A stretch of DNA of 64,000 bases from a virus, in the IMG/VR virus record IMGVR_UViG_3300020411_003715, positions 32,001 to 96,000 of that record; one strand, given 5' to 3'. The notes below the pieces were generated by a model. That model worked only from the letters and a program-made list of their open reading frames with translations, made no database searches and was not told the origin of the DNA. Shown in pieces: positions 35,854-45,215 of this stretch. How positions within the stretch are numbered: position 1 is the first letter of the stretch; the number at the start of each line of letters is the position of its first letter. Position numbers and translations under genes: made by a program.

Positions 35854-36608
35854 GCATGCATACTGTGACCCTCGCTGCCCCAGAATTTACACCAGTTCGC
35901 TGCCTCTTTTACTAACTCAACCTCGGACATCGCGTCGCTAGGCGCTTGGGATGACAAGATTTCCTCTGGCATCGACAGGATACTTTTCTCAAAAGATTCA
36001 GCAGCCTCCAAAAGGCGCTCTCCGTAGTCAAGCAGATCTTCCGGGCTATGGTCCTCCCAGGCCTCACTGACAAGCGCTTCGTCTAACCAGTCTATATAGC
36101 CAAGAACCTTTCCTCTGAAAGATTCTGGACCAACACAAATACCACTAGGGCCAACCATGCCCTCCTTGCGAGTGGCAAGTTCAGAGACATACTTCCCTTG
36201 ACTATCCATGATATAGTCTTCCACGGTGGGGTATTTAGCTCTTAATGCTTCGCCCCCAGGGGAGCTTGCGACTTCTTTGTAGTGTTCCCTGGCCCACTCA
36301 TCGGCCTCTTTAGACATGCCGATTTGAGGAGCGCCTAGGGTATCCATTGGCGTAACAACGCACACGCTTTTAGCTAAGCGCCACTTTCTTGTCCTCTCTA
36401 GAATGTTTATAGCGTTAGGGGTTTTCTCCCAACGATCCACCAAAGGGTTCGGGTAGATTGTTGGGACATCCTCCCCAAGCTCTTTACAAAATGCTATGAA
36501 GTCCTCACTTCGCTCTTCCATAAGTTTATTGAGTTGAGCATCAGCAAACATAAGGTTTACCTCTTGACTCTCAATAGTCTTATCTCTTACGCACCAGTCT
36601 AGACCCAT
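35844..36608 (-). CDS. Hypothetical protein
   Basis: 254 aa, MGLDW start, AAGGAG SD. Confidence 0.7.
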   Translation of the reverse strand: MGLDWCVRDKTIESQEVNLMFADAQLNKLMEERSEDFIAFCKELGEDVPTIYPNPLVDRWEKTPNAINILERTRKWRLAKSVCVVTPMDTLGAPQIGMSKEADEWAREHYKEVASSPGGEALRAKYPTVEDYIMDSQGKYVSELATRKEGMVGPSGICVGPESFRGKVLGYIDWLDEALVSEAWEDHSPEDLLDYGERLLEAAESFEKSILSMPEEILSSQAPSDAMSEVELVKEAANWCKFWGSEGHSMHAWY

Positions 36609-36772
36609 AAAGATCTCTCCTTTCTTTACCGCAAGTAGCGGCTTGTTATTTACTTAACGTAGTGCTTATACTGAAATACAGATAATGTTTGCTGTACTAC
36701 AACTAATATTGTATACACACATTGTTCGTGGGACCCACTTTGGCCGAAGAAGCATCTTCAAAAGACGCAAGA

Positions 36773-37339
36773 ATGAAGAAAAACATAAAAAGCGCAATAA
36801 CTTACGGCAGCGGGACTATAAACACCTGGAGCGGTGGGAAGTTCTCTTTCATCGAGCCTGACCCAAATGATATACGGATAGCTGATATCGCTCACGCACT
36901 TTCATTACAATGTAGATTCAATGGTCACGTGAATGAGTTTTACTCCGTGGCAGAACACTCCATATTAGTTAGTGATATCGTTTTAAAAGATACCGGCGAC
37001 GCCTACTTAGCCCTTTCCGGGCTGTTGCATGACGCAGCGGAGACCTATGTAGGTGACGTTGTCAGCCCATTGAAAAGGATGCTACCCAAGTACCTATCTT
37101 ACGAGTCTCTGGTTGAGGGGTGCATTTCCGAGAAGTTCGGGGTGCCTTACCCGCACCCCCCTCAAGTACTCTCTGCGGACAAGCGCGCACTAAGACAGGA
37201 GTTCCTTAAGCTCGCCCCGTTCACCGACAGCGCGGAACCACATAAACCGATGAGCCCATCCGATGCCGAGTCCGCCTTCATGAAGAGGTACGAGGAACTG
37301 GTACAGATGTGTAAAGATGGGACCCCTGGGGATGATTAG
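36773..37339 (+). CDS. HD-domain phosphohydrolase (YfdR/YfbR-like 5'-deoxynucleotidase)
   Basis: DIAHALSLQCRFNGH, YSVAEHSILV, LLHDAAETYVGDVVSPLK. Confidence 0.85.
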   Translation: MKKNIKSAITYGSGTINTWSGGKFSFIEPDPNDIRIADIAHALSLQCRFNGHVNEFYSVAEHSILVSDIVLKDTGDAYLALSGLLHDAAETYVGDVVSPLKRMLPKYLSYESLVEGCISEKFGVPYPHPPQVLSADKRALRQEFLKLAPFTDSAEPHKPMSPSDAESAFMKRYEELVQMCKDGTPGDD

Positions 37340-37583
37340 AGCGAGTCACCAGAGGGGGCTATGGGAGCTAGTGGGGCTCGCGGAGGCCAAAACCCGAGAC
37401 CGGGATAATGGTATAGGCCCTTTCGAGCTTACGGGAACCGAGCAGGTTTCAAGACATCTTGATTGCCCAAACTACGACTATTGCCTTAACTTTGCTGCGG
37501 AAAAACGATGGGAGTCTTTTGGTTGCGAGGGCTGCAGAAAGACGGAGCACGGTAGGTTCGAGGAGGTAACGAGACCCTTATGA
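37317..37583 (+). CDS. Small Cys-rich protein
   Basis: CPNYDYCLNFAAEKRWESFGCEGC. Confidence 0.6.
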   Translation: MGPLGMIRASHQRGLWELVGLAEAKTRDRDNGIGPFELTGTEQVSRHLDCPNYDYCLNFAAEKRWESFGCEGCRKTEHGRFEEVTRPL

Positions 37584-38437
37584 GTACAGCGGAAGAATAT
37601 AATGCACGAACCATGGAAAAGTTTGGATGGGGCAGGGAGCACTTAAACTTGCCCCATGACTGCTCCATGCAGGAGGTAACCAAGGCCGTACTCCTGTTCC
37701 AAGCGGATCAGGGGCTTACCCAGGACGGCAAGGTGGGCCCCGCCACTTGGCGAAGACTTGAGGCCAAGCGACAATTTGACATGGCAGAGGGGTCTGGCTC
37801 AGAGGGACACGTCCTTATTGGCGGCGTCCCGGTAGCGGTGAACTTTAAGTCCGAGATGTGTACGCAGGACTCCCCGTATTCTCTCATCGGCCTTGGGGGC
37901 CACTCAACAAGGACATACGATCCCACAATGGTTGTTTGGCACTGGGACGCTGCGCTTAGCGGTGCGTCTTGCTACAAAATCCTGAAGAAGCGGAAGATCT
38001 CTTCTCACGGAGTTATCGACAATGATGGGACGTTTTATCAGTTCCTAGATTTAGCGCATCACGTTGGTTGGCACGCTGGGGACAGGGGTGTCAACAAACG
38101 TTCTATAGGCATAGACTTATCTAATGCCGTTTATACAAAGTACCAATCTTATTACGAGCGGCGGTGGGGCTCTCGGCCTGTGATCAAAGCTAAGGTCCAC
38201 GGAAGGAGCCACACCCTGCTCGGTTATTATGCCGCGCAATTGGAGACCGCTGGAAGGCTGGCCTCTTTTCTCAAAGAGCACTTTGGGATTCCTCTGGAGT
38301 ACCCAGAGGTGACGTCATCGATAGATGACCCTGAAGATTTCAAAGGACACATTGCCCACTATCACATCACAAAGAAGAAGTGGGACGTAGCAGGATTCCC
38401 GTTTAAAGACGTTTTGGAGGGCAAGTACAATGTCTAA
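37580..38437 (+). CDS. Endolysin: peptidoglycan-binding domain plus N-acetylmuramoyl-L-alanine amidase (Amidase_2)
   Basis: FQADQGLTQDGKVGPATW; VVWHWD, SSHGVID, WHAG..NKRSIGIDL, IAHYHI..KWD. Confidence 0.9.
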   Translation: MSTAEEYNARTMEKFGWGREHLNLPHDCSMQEVTKAVLLFQADQGLTQDGKVGPATWRRLEAKRQFDMAEGSGSEGHVLIGGVPVAVNFKSEMCTQDSPYSLIGLGGHSTRTYDPTMVVWHWDAALSGASCYKILKKRKISSHGVIDNDGTFYQFLDLAHHVGWHAGDRGVNKRSIGIDLSNAVYTKYQSYYERRWGSRPVIKAKVHGRSHTLLGYYAAQLETAGRLASFLKEHFGIPLEYPEVTSSIDDPEDFKGHIAHYHITKKKWDVAGFPFKDVLEGKYNV

Positions 38438-39158
38438 TACCCAGAGACCCGACATCAGCAAGATCAAACAGAAGATTGCTGGCCGGGATATTGACCATGA
38501 AGAGCCTATCGAAGAGGCCCCAAAGCCCGCGAACACCGGACCCTTGATGCGCCCGGAGACAATTGAACAGGTCAAACAGTTTGCTAAGGACGTTCAGGAA
38601 CTCCGAGAGCAGGAGGCCCAGGAAGAGGTAGTTCGGACAGAGATCGAAGAACTCCCTGAAGAGCTTGAGGGCACCGATGCCACCGGTGACAACATGTTCT
38701 ACAGGTATACTGCCGCCGATAATCCGGATGTCCGAAGGGCTATTGAGGAGAGAGCGTCCGAGATGGATTTTGCCGACCTCATAATCACCGGCCGGGTCTC
38801 TCAGCACATCCCCATCATTAAGGATAAGTTCGAGATTGAACTTCAATCTCTTCTCGCGGCCGAGAACTTTTGGATTGAGCGGCGAGCAGAAAAAGAGGGC
38901 ACTACCGACTGGGCACTTAGGAGTTGGATGGGCTATGCGCGGCTAGCCCTCTCCATCGTAACGATTAATGGCAAGACGATGCCCCCGTGCTCGGACAACA
39001 AGGGCGTTGTCGACGAAGAGCGTTTTGCCGAAAGGTTTAGCCACTTAATGGGTATGGGGGAGAAGCCTGTTGAGTACCTTCTTGTCAACCTGACTTGGTT
39101 TAATGACCGTGTTGACCGCCTAGCCGAACACGATTTCGAGCAGCTAAAAAATGGATAG
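38430..39158 (+). CDS. Probable tail assembly chaperone (gpG-like)
   Basis: Acidic protein ending ..QLKNG* on the slippery heptamer A-AAA-AAT (39146-39152). Confidence 0.55.
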   Translation: MSNTQRPDISKIKQKIAGRDIDHEEPIEEAPKPANTGPLMRPETIEQVKQFAKDVQELREQEAQEEVVRTEIEELPEELEGTDATGDNMFYRYTAADNPDVRRAIEERASEMDFADLIITGRVSQHIPIIKDKFEIELQSLLAAENFWIERRAEKEGTTDWALRSWMGYARLALSIVTINGKTMPPCSDNKGVVDEERFAERFSHLMGMGEKPVEYLLVNLTWFNDRVDRLAEHDFEQLKNG

Positions 39159-39478
39159 AGTCTCCTCTAGGCTGGGCACGAGCCAACTTGTTTTACGACA
39201 AGGTGGAAGCTCCACCCGTTCCCGGAAGCCTTCAGGAGGCTCTCTGCATATTGGTTTTTCGTTACAGGCAGGAGCAAGATTTTTACGGAAAGTTGGCGAG
39301 TTTACAGCCAGAAGGATCGGAAGAGCAGCGAGATGCGTTTGCGAAACTCCGGGCCGCCAAGTTCCCGTACGTATTTAAGACAGCCCGTGATGAGAGAGCC
39401 AGAACACAAGAAACGCTCGATAGAGCATTTGCAATGGGACCGATACTTGTTCGGCCCCTAACAGCGGAGGAAAGATGA
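39149..39478 (+). CDS. -1 frame extension (gpT-like) of the 38430 ORF
   Basis: The -1 frame is open from the slip site (KWIESPLGWARANLFYDK...) to 39478; the annotated TTG start has no evident SD. Confidence 0.55.
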   Translation, partial: KWIESPLGWARANLFYDKVEAPPVPGSLQEALCILVFRYRQEQDFYGKLASLQPEGSEEQRDAFAKLRAAKFPYVFKTARDERARTQETLDRAFAMGPILVRPLTAEER

Positions 39479-39834
39479 TTGAGGTAAATAAGGGCGTCCT
39501 TGTTATAGGACTTTCGAACACCATACTTTTTGGGGGCGAGTCTACTGTAGAGCTTATTATGCTCAACGTCTCCACGGGACAGGACTTCTCCCTTCCGCTC
39601 ACAGAGGAACAAGCCGAGCTTTTGCTCTCCCAGGTCTCCGTCGAGGAGATGCTTAATACTGAGCCCGAGGAAGAGCCTAGCTATGAGAGCGTATCTGCAA
39701 CTAGCGCAAACAGCGTACGGGTGGGAACAGACTCTGATAAAATGCGTGCCGAGCTTAATAACATTATTGGGGTACAGGACCCGGGAGCGGTAGTGGATGC
39801 TTGGCAAGCTTCTGAAGAAACACCGCAACTTTAA
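39475..39834 (+). CDS. Hypothetical acidic protein
   Basis: GGAGG SD, ATGA overlap with the upstream stop. Confidence 0.65.
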   Translation: MIEVNKGVLVIGLSNTILFGGESTVELIMLNVSTGQDFSLPLTEEQAELLLSQVSVEEMLNTEPEEEPSYESVSATSANSVRVGTDSDKMRAELNNIIGVQDPGAVVDAWQASEETPQL

Positions 39835-40222
39835 CGAGTATTGGACGTGCGCAACATGCGGAAGACCAAGAAGAAAGAAAACCCCAAAAAGGAAGCCGTG
39901 CCACCAGTGTTATTCAACTTTGCCCCCGAGGATAAAAATTACCCACAAACGGGGAAAGGGGGATCGAGCACACCAGGACTCTGCCGTGGCAAAGCAGCTT
40001 ATGCGCACAGCGGTCTTCGCCAGAAAGGGGTTGGGTTATGGCGTAAACACTTTCCCTCAAGGAAGCCCGTCGAGACGACTGCTGGACGCCTCAAGGGTAT
40101 TCGAAACAAACAGTCGCAGGAAGAAGTGGTTTTGTCAGGCATTCATCTCCGGAGAAAGGTATGCCGGACATCTAGACCACGATATCTGTTTTTATAGAAT
40201 TGTACCGGAGGTAAGGAGACAC

Positions 40223-40387
40223 ATGTCATCTAAAAAAATGATGCAGATTCGCATTTCATCTGACCTGCACAAGTGGCTGAAGCTGCACGCGGCGCAGAAC
40301 GAAACAACTATGACCACTATAATTATTAACTACCTTGAGCGTATGCGGCAGAAGTCCCAGAAAAAGGTTAAGGTGGATCAGATATGA
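40223..40387 (+). CDS. Ribbon-helix-helix DNA-binding protein
   Basis: AAGGAG SD before ATG 40223; MMQIRISSDLHKWLKLHAAQNETTMTTIIINYL is Arc/ParG-like. Confidence 0.7.
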   Translation: MSSKKMMQIRISSDLHKWLKLHAAQNETTMTTIIINYLERMRQKSQKKVKVDQI

Positions 40388-40929
40388 CCGAGAGAGCCGA
40401 GGCCCCAGACACACTATCGCTTTCCGTTGAGGAGCTGGATTGTCCGTCTACGGTTGAGGGGATCCTATCTGTGCTAAGGCGCGTCTTAAGCAAGCCGTAC
40501 GTCCAGTCCGTTTCCTTGAGAGCCGAGCGCCCGATAGAGGTCGCTTGGTATAAGGACATATCAGACTCGCTATCAATAGGTGACCCAGAAGAGAGCCCTG
40601 ACTCAGTCCTTGCCCGGATAGACCTTGAGGAGTTTTCTTCCGCAAAGCCGGCAAGAGAGGCCCTAATGGAGGGCATCATGACCTTGAACCAGAAAGGGTT
40701 GCAGGCGACACATCTGTTCGTGGGCTCGGCCAGCTTTTTTAAGGGCTGGATAGAGCTACCGTCCGTTCTTAGCCTCCCACCCTTTGAGGGCACCGAGTAC
40801 AAGAACTTTATTGGGCTGCGTGTCCTTGAGACCGACTTTCTTGAGGAAGATGTGGTCGTTTTGCTTGGCGCAGGCTCTAGCGCATCAACAAGAACGGAGC
40901 TTACGAAAGCTCTTAAGATAGTCACCTGA
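40384..40929 (+). CDS. Hypothetical protein
   Basis: 181 aa, coupled operon. Confidence 0.7.
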   Translation: MTERAEAPDTLSLSVEELDCPSTVEGILSVLRRVLSKPYVQSVSLRAERPIEVAWYKDISDSLSIGDPEESPDSVLARIDLEEFSSAKPAREALMEGIMTLNQKGLQATHLFVGSASFFKGWIELPSVLSLPPFEGTEYKNFIGLRVLETDFLEEDVVVLLGAGSSASTRTELTKALKIVT

Positions 40930-40942
40930 AACGGAGGGCCTC

Positions 40943-41383
40943 ATGGCATCTAAAAAGAAAACAATGGAAAAATTACAGCTAGAAGTCAAAGATACGCTTG
41001 AGTCTCTCGGCTGCATGGAGGTTGTCTCAGCGTCAAGCCGTGGCGGGGACGCTAGGTTTTTGTGCCGAGTGTCGGACGAGGCCCGGTGGTTAAGGATTCT
41101 GTTCGAGTACCTTGGCGGGGAAGGCGACTGGTACTCCTTTATTGGAAAAAAGTACTTCATTCATGAGGGAAGGCTCGTATTTGGATGGGTGCTCATCTTT
41201 GAGTCTTCTGAGCTTGATAAGGCCATACAATCTGTAAGGTCTCTTTTTATAGAAAGCCTTGACGTTGTAGACGAGGCCGATGCAAAGACCGCTGAGGATG
41301 AGCCTGGGATGATTGAGGTGAAGCTCCCATCAAGCGCTGGTTTTTCTAAGAAGCTTCAGGCAAGAGTCCAAAACTTGAGGTAG
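40943..41383 (+). CDS. Hypothetical protein
   Basis: GGAGG SD; 146 aa. Confidence 0.7.
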   Translation: MASKKKTMEKLQLEVKDTLESLGCMEVVSASSRGGDARFLCRVSDEARWLRILFEYLGGEGDWYSFIGKKYFIHEGRLVFGWVLIFESSELDKAIQSVRSLFIESLDVVDEADAKTAEDEPGMIEVKLPSSAGFSKKLQARVQNLR

Positions 41384-41390
41384 TCCGTAG

Positions 41391-42035
41391 ATGGTAACTA
41401 TATTAGACCCTAATAATGCAGTAGCTGATTATGTGATACAGGTTAGCACGGTCTTTCGGCCGAACACGTCGAATCGATTAGGCTCCTTCAACCTTTGGTC
41501 GAAGGGCGGATGGTTTGGACAAGCTGACGAGCTTCTTAAGTTTTGCCCCGCAAATGGTTGCCTAGGCTTTCACTCCGACTCCTTCTCGTTAACGGAGCAG
41601 GAAGCGGAGCGTATCGGCGACCTTACCCAGGGCGAGGTGTCTAAGTGGCCCTTAGATTTACAGGCCAAGTATCACAATTGGTATGAGTTGCCTGTCGTGT
41701 GTGATCTTTGCGGAACTATAGGCATCCGAGAAAACCTCCCGGACAGCTACGGGTTCAATATGGATACGACGAAGATTGCCAACAGGATGGCGCAATTCTA
41801 CACCGCTCTCGGTGGGCTGGCTGATATTTATATGGTCAGGACCAAGAAGGATATGGTCTTCCAAAAAGCCCGGGAAGAGCTATACTCAACCGACTATAGC
41901 TTTAATAGGTATCGAAAAACCCTCGAATCCGCTCGCGATCGGGATTGCGTATACTACCCGCTGAAGAGTATTATCAAGGACACCGCTAGTGGCGGGGACT
42001 TGGCAAAAAGATTTAAAGCCTTACTGGATGCTTGA
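41391..42035 (+). CDS. Hypothetical protein with Cys pairs
   Basis: CPANGC, CDLCG. Confidence 0.7.
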   Translation: MVTILDPNNAVADYVIQVSTVFRPNTSNRLGSFNLWSKGGWFGQADELLKFCPANGCLGFHSDSFSLTEQEAERIGDLTQGEVSKWPLDLQAKYHNWYELPVVCDLCGTIGIRENLPDSYGFNMDTTKIANRMAQFYTALGGLADIYMVRTKKDMVFQKAREELYSTDYSFNRYRKTLESARDRDCVYYPLKSIIKDTASGGDLAKRFKALLDA

Positions 42036-42370
42036 CAAATATGAATATTCAAGAGGTATTATCCGAGATCGTTAAGAGGCAACACAGCATTGCTGTGTAC
42101 AGCGACGTAATTGATTACCTCGAAGAGTACCTTCCTTCGGACACGGAGCCCGTTCCCGAAGAAACCTTGACTGTAGAGGGCTCTTGCTTTGAGCCAAAAG
42201 TTACCCAAGAGGCCATAGAGGCTGTTATAGAAACCTTGTCTGGGATTCTTTCTGAGGAGCAGAAAGAGCTAGATAAATTAAATTCGATGGAGATAAAACC
42301 AAATGAAAAACCCCGCAAGCAACCAGCAAAGCGTTCCGCCACAAAACCAAAGCGAAAACAAGGAAAGTGA
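42032..42370 (+). CDS. Hypothetical protein
   Basis: 112 aa; basic tail. Confidence 0.6.
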   Translation: MTNMNIQEVLSEIVKRQHSIAVYSDVIDYLEEYLPSDTEPVPEETLTVEGSCFEPKVTQEAIEAVIETLSGILSEEQKELDKLNSMEIKPNEKPRKQPAKRSATKPKRKQGK

Positions 42371-42662
42371 GGCCACCTTTGAGGAGGTTGTCGCTGGCCG
42401 ATTAGCTGTTTCTGAGCAGCTTCTTAATGAGCTTCTCAAAGGGTTTGGCATGGCTGGTCAGGCCGTTAACAGACTTGAAAGCTTCACGTTTAGCTTAGTA
42501 GCACTGCTCTTGAAGAAGGAGATTGCCACTATCGAGGAGATTCGCGAGCTACAGGAGCAGTTACAGGGACACGACGATCTGAATGTTTTCTGGGGCGTCG
42601 AGCCGCCAGAAGGCGCTGATCCCGCCGATGTGGGCACAGAAGATACCGCCACCGAAGAGTAG
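42303..42662 (+). CDS. Hypothetical acidic protein
   Basis: 119 aa. Confidence 0.6.
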   Translation: MKNPASNQQSVPPQNQSENKESEATFEEVVAGRLAVSEQLLNELLKGFGMAGQAVNRLESFTFSLVALLLKKEIATIEEIRELQEQLQGHDDLNVFWGVEPPEGADPADVGTEDTATEE

Positions 42663-42764
42663 CGCGGTATTTCTAAGCTTGGGTATTTGAAGACACTGCT
42701 TGCGAAGATATAATCAATTTGAAGCACGGCTTGTCTTATTGATGCATTATCTGGAGCCCACTGT

Positions 42765-43103
42765 ATGGACACGACCTCATTAGTAACCACCCTTGTAGCA
42801 GCACTGGGTGCGTTAGCGCCCGCCATTCTGCTTGTTTCGGCGCACTACAAGAAGTTACGTGATGATGTCGTGGCCGCGAGAACTGAGTTTAGTGTTGGAA
42901 TAACGGCGTTTAAGGCTGAGCTTAGCTCTGGACTTCAACTCGTCAACCAGAAGATTGCGTCCATTGAGAGGCAGATCGCGGACCAACAGCAGCACGTGGC
43001 TAAGCTTCAGGATGACCACGTCAAGCTTGCCGAACGATTGGCTGTGGCCGAGACCCAGATACGGGCGGTCGCCGGCACTTCAACAAACAGCAAGATTATT
43101 TAG
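42765..43103 (+). CDS. N-terminal TM plus coiled-coil protein
   Basis: LVTTLVAALGALAPAILLV followed by heptad repeats. Confidence 0.65.
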   Translation: MDTTSLVTTLVAALGALAPAILLVSAHYKKLRDDVVAARTEFSVGITAFKAELSSGLQLVNQKIASIERQIADQQQHVAKLQDDHVKLAERLAVAETQIRAVAGTSTNSKII

Positions 43104-43141
43104 CCGTCATCCGAATTTCCAATGCTTACCGGGGGTTTCAT

Positions 43142-43357
43142 ATGTCTTTTGACCACTCTGGTAGGCACGGCGGCAACGCGATAACGCATCCACCAATAGG
43201 TTCATGGGTAACCATTAAAGAGGGGATGCTCTTCGGAGGCGAGCGCCTCAGGGTTCTGGACGTAAAGGGTTATCTGTACGCTATCGCCTATCGAGTCTAT
43301 GTGGACGCCCCCGATGGGACGAGCACGTGGTATTGGCCGTGGGAGCTTACCTTCTAG
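43142..43357 (+). CDS. Small SH3/KOW-like protein
   Basis: PPIGSWVTI..LRVLDV..YRVYVD..WYWPWEL. Confidence 0.5.
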   Translation: MSFDHSGRHGGNAITHPPIGSWVTIKEGMLFGGERLRVLDVKGYLYAIAYRVYVDAPDGTSTWYWPWELTF

Positions 43358-43405
43358 TCTTAGGTAAAAACGGGGAATCTCTTCCCCGCCGCCCCAAAAC
43401 TGGGG

Positions 43406-43720
43406 CTACCATCCGACATACTCGTCGTCCGGCCTCTTCTGCTCCTTTTCCCACTCTCGTTGGGCTTTATCGTCCGCCTCCTGGTAGAGCCTCTCGGTAT
43501 CAGAGAGCCACTGCTCTTTAGTCTCTTCTGAAGTCAGTGCCGAGATGACAGTTGCCACACCGAACGCGAGCCCTACGATCAAGCCTTCGTACAAGGGCCG
43601 ACCCAGCGGCACAGCCAGCGCGACTGCGATGATGGCGGGGATAGCGGAAGCAAAGATGGTGTCGAAGATGACTGCGAACACTCGGTATTCACGAAGCTCT
43701 TCTTTTTGTCGATCATTCAT
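43406..43720 (-). CDS. Small membrane protein
   Basis: Two TM segments; GGAGG SD. Confidence 0.65.
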   Translation of the reverse strand: MNDRQKEELREYRVFAVIFDTIFASAIPAIIAVALAVPLGRPLYEGLIVGLAFGVATVISALTSEETKEQWLSDTERLYQEADDKAQREWEKEQKRPDDEYVGW

Positions 43721-43883
43721 TTGGACCTCCTAGTCTCTGTCTGTTTGGCGCGTTAGATAGTAGCACGCTATAAAAGATTGTGAATTCAATCCTTCAAAGT
43801 TCTTATAACGAAAAAGAGGGCCCCCCTTGCGAGGGGCCCTCAGTGACCCTTGAGCGATGATCCTTAAAAGGAGGGGGACAGGG

Positions 43884-44351
43884 TTAATGAACCATCGGAT
43901 TCAAGAGCCACATAGCATTCTTAAGAAAGAAGTCTTCGTTTGAGTCATTTTCCGCTGGCTGTATGTGATCTAAGCACTCGATCGCGTCATCTGACCCTCT
44001 AGAGAAAAAGGCTCTTATGTCAGCGGCCGTCTGCTTATCCCCCCTCCTGCAGAATAGGGTTATCCTGCTTGATGCCTCAACCTCTTCCGGCTCATCAAGG
44101 CCGGCGGACTGAAGCACAGCAGCGATGTCACTCTCGCTGGGAGGGTCTAGGTCCATCCCGTAAAACAACACTCGGTCTTTGTGGGAGAGCATAAGGTACA
44201 TTGTGTCACCCCCCTCCTCGTCCTTAAACCTCCCAAAGTCTGATGTTACCCCGGGGGCGGATAGGACCCCTCCCGACGTAAATGGACCAACAGTCTCTAT
44301 CGTGTAGTTATGTATGTCCGAAAGTATCGCTGATCTTGGATCACCAAACAT
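43884..44351 (-). CDS. Hypothetical protein
   Basis: GGAGG SD; terminator-like hairpin at about 43811-43842. Confidence 0.65.
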   Translation of the reverse strand: MFGDPRSAILSDIHNYTIETVGPFTSGGVLSAPGVTSDFGRFKDEEGGDTMYLMLSHKDRVLFYGMDLDPPSESDIAAVLQSAGLDEPEEVEASSRITLFCRRGDKQTAADIRAFFSRGSDDAIECLDHIQPAENDSNEDFFLKNAMWLLNPMVH

Positions 44352-44432
44352 GGGACCTCCATATCCGAAATCTTCCCCGATTATATGCTAATAAAGGGGG
44401 GCACATAAAACCCCCCTTTAGGAATCACCCCC

Positions 44433-44696
44433 TCAGGCACCCTTAGCGCGCCTAGCCTCCTCTTTCTTTATTACATCGACCATTTTCGCCTGCGACCCGT
44501 ATCTCTCAACAAGCTCCTTTAGGTATTTCATATCACCGCCGAGAGACGGGTTATTCTTGCGTAGATTGTTGTTCTCTTCTGTAGCCATAGCTAACCTCCC
44601 GATATTCTTTGAAAGTGTATCTACTACGCTCACGATCTGCGGAAGCGTAGCATTAAAAAATTGTTGGGTATTACCAGCGTTCTGCCACCATCCCAT
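44433..44696 (-). CDS. Hypothetical protein
   Basis: GAGGAGG SD; promoter-like motif at 44753. Confidence 0.65.
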   Translation of the reverse strand: MGWWQNAGNTQQFFNATLPQIVSVVDTLSKNIGRLAMATEENNNLRKNNPSLGGDMKYLKELVERYGSQAKMVDVIKKEEARRAKGA

Positions 44697-44843
44697 AAAA
44701 AACCTCCTCGATTTTTTTTATTTGGCAAAAAGTACATATTGAGCTTCGAGGTGCTTATACCCATACAAAAGGCTGTCTTGCGCCACAGTTCCCCCCTTCC
44801 ACTTCGTTAATAATGCCAGCTAAACTGGTAATATTCACTGTTA

Positions 44844-45215
44844 GTGGAGCGAAAAGCTATGGAAAATGGGGATAAAAAAATTGTTTTATTACACGCCCTG
44901 AATTTCTTTGACGCTCTGCTCACGCTTTACGCCGTCCGTCTTGGCGTTCTGGAACTTAACCCGCTGATGGCTTGGGCTATCGATGCGGGCCCCGTAGTGT
45001 TTCTGGTGACAAAAGTTCTAGTCGTTTCGGTCGGCATCGAATTTTTAAACAGGCACCTAAAAGAGGATGCTAGACGACTTCTTTCGTATTTATTTTATAT
45101 TTATTGCGCGGTAATACTTTGGCACCTATTCGGAGTATTAGCGCTTTATAGCATATCCCCAAGCGAGAACGTCAGGCACCTAGGGGCCTATCTGGGGAAG
45201 GGCTATGCGGATTGA
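44844..45215 (+). CDS. DUF5658-family membrane protein
   Basis: LNFFDALLTLYAV..ELNPLMAWAI..FLVTK. Confidence 0.7.
   Translation: MERKAMENGDKKIVLLHALNFFDALLTLYAVRLGVLELNPLMAWAIDAGPVVFLVTKVLVVSVGIEFLNRHLKEDARRLLSYLFYIYCAVILWHLFGVLALYSISPSENVRHLGAYLGKGYAD

Noticed and set aside
39151-39378. Separate +1-frame ORF overlapping the chaperone stop
   Set aside because: No SD, low-complexity Arg/Ser translation; the -1 frame gives a more protein-like continuation.
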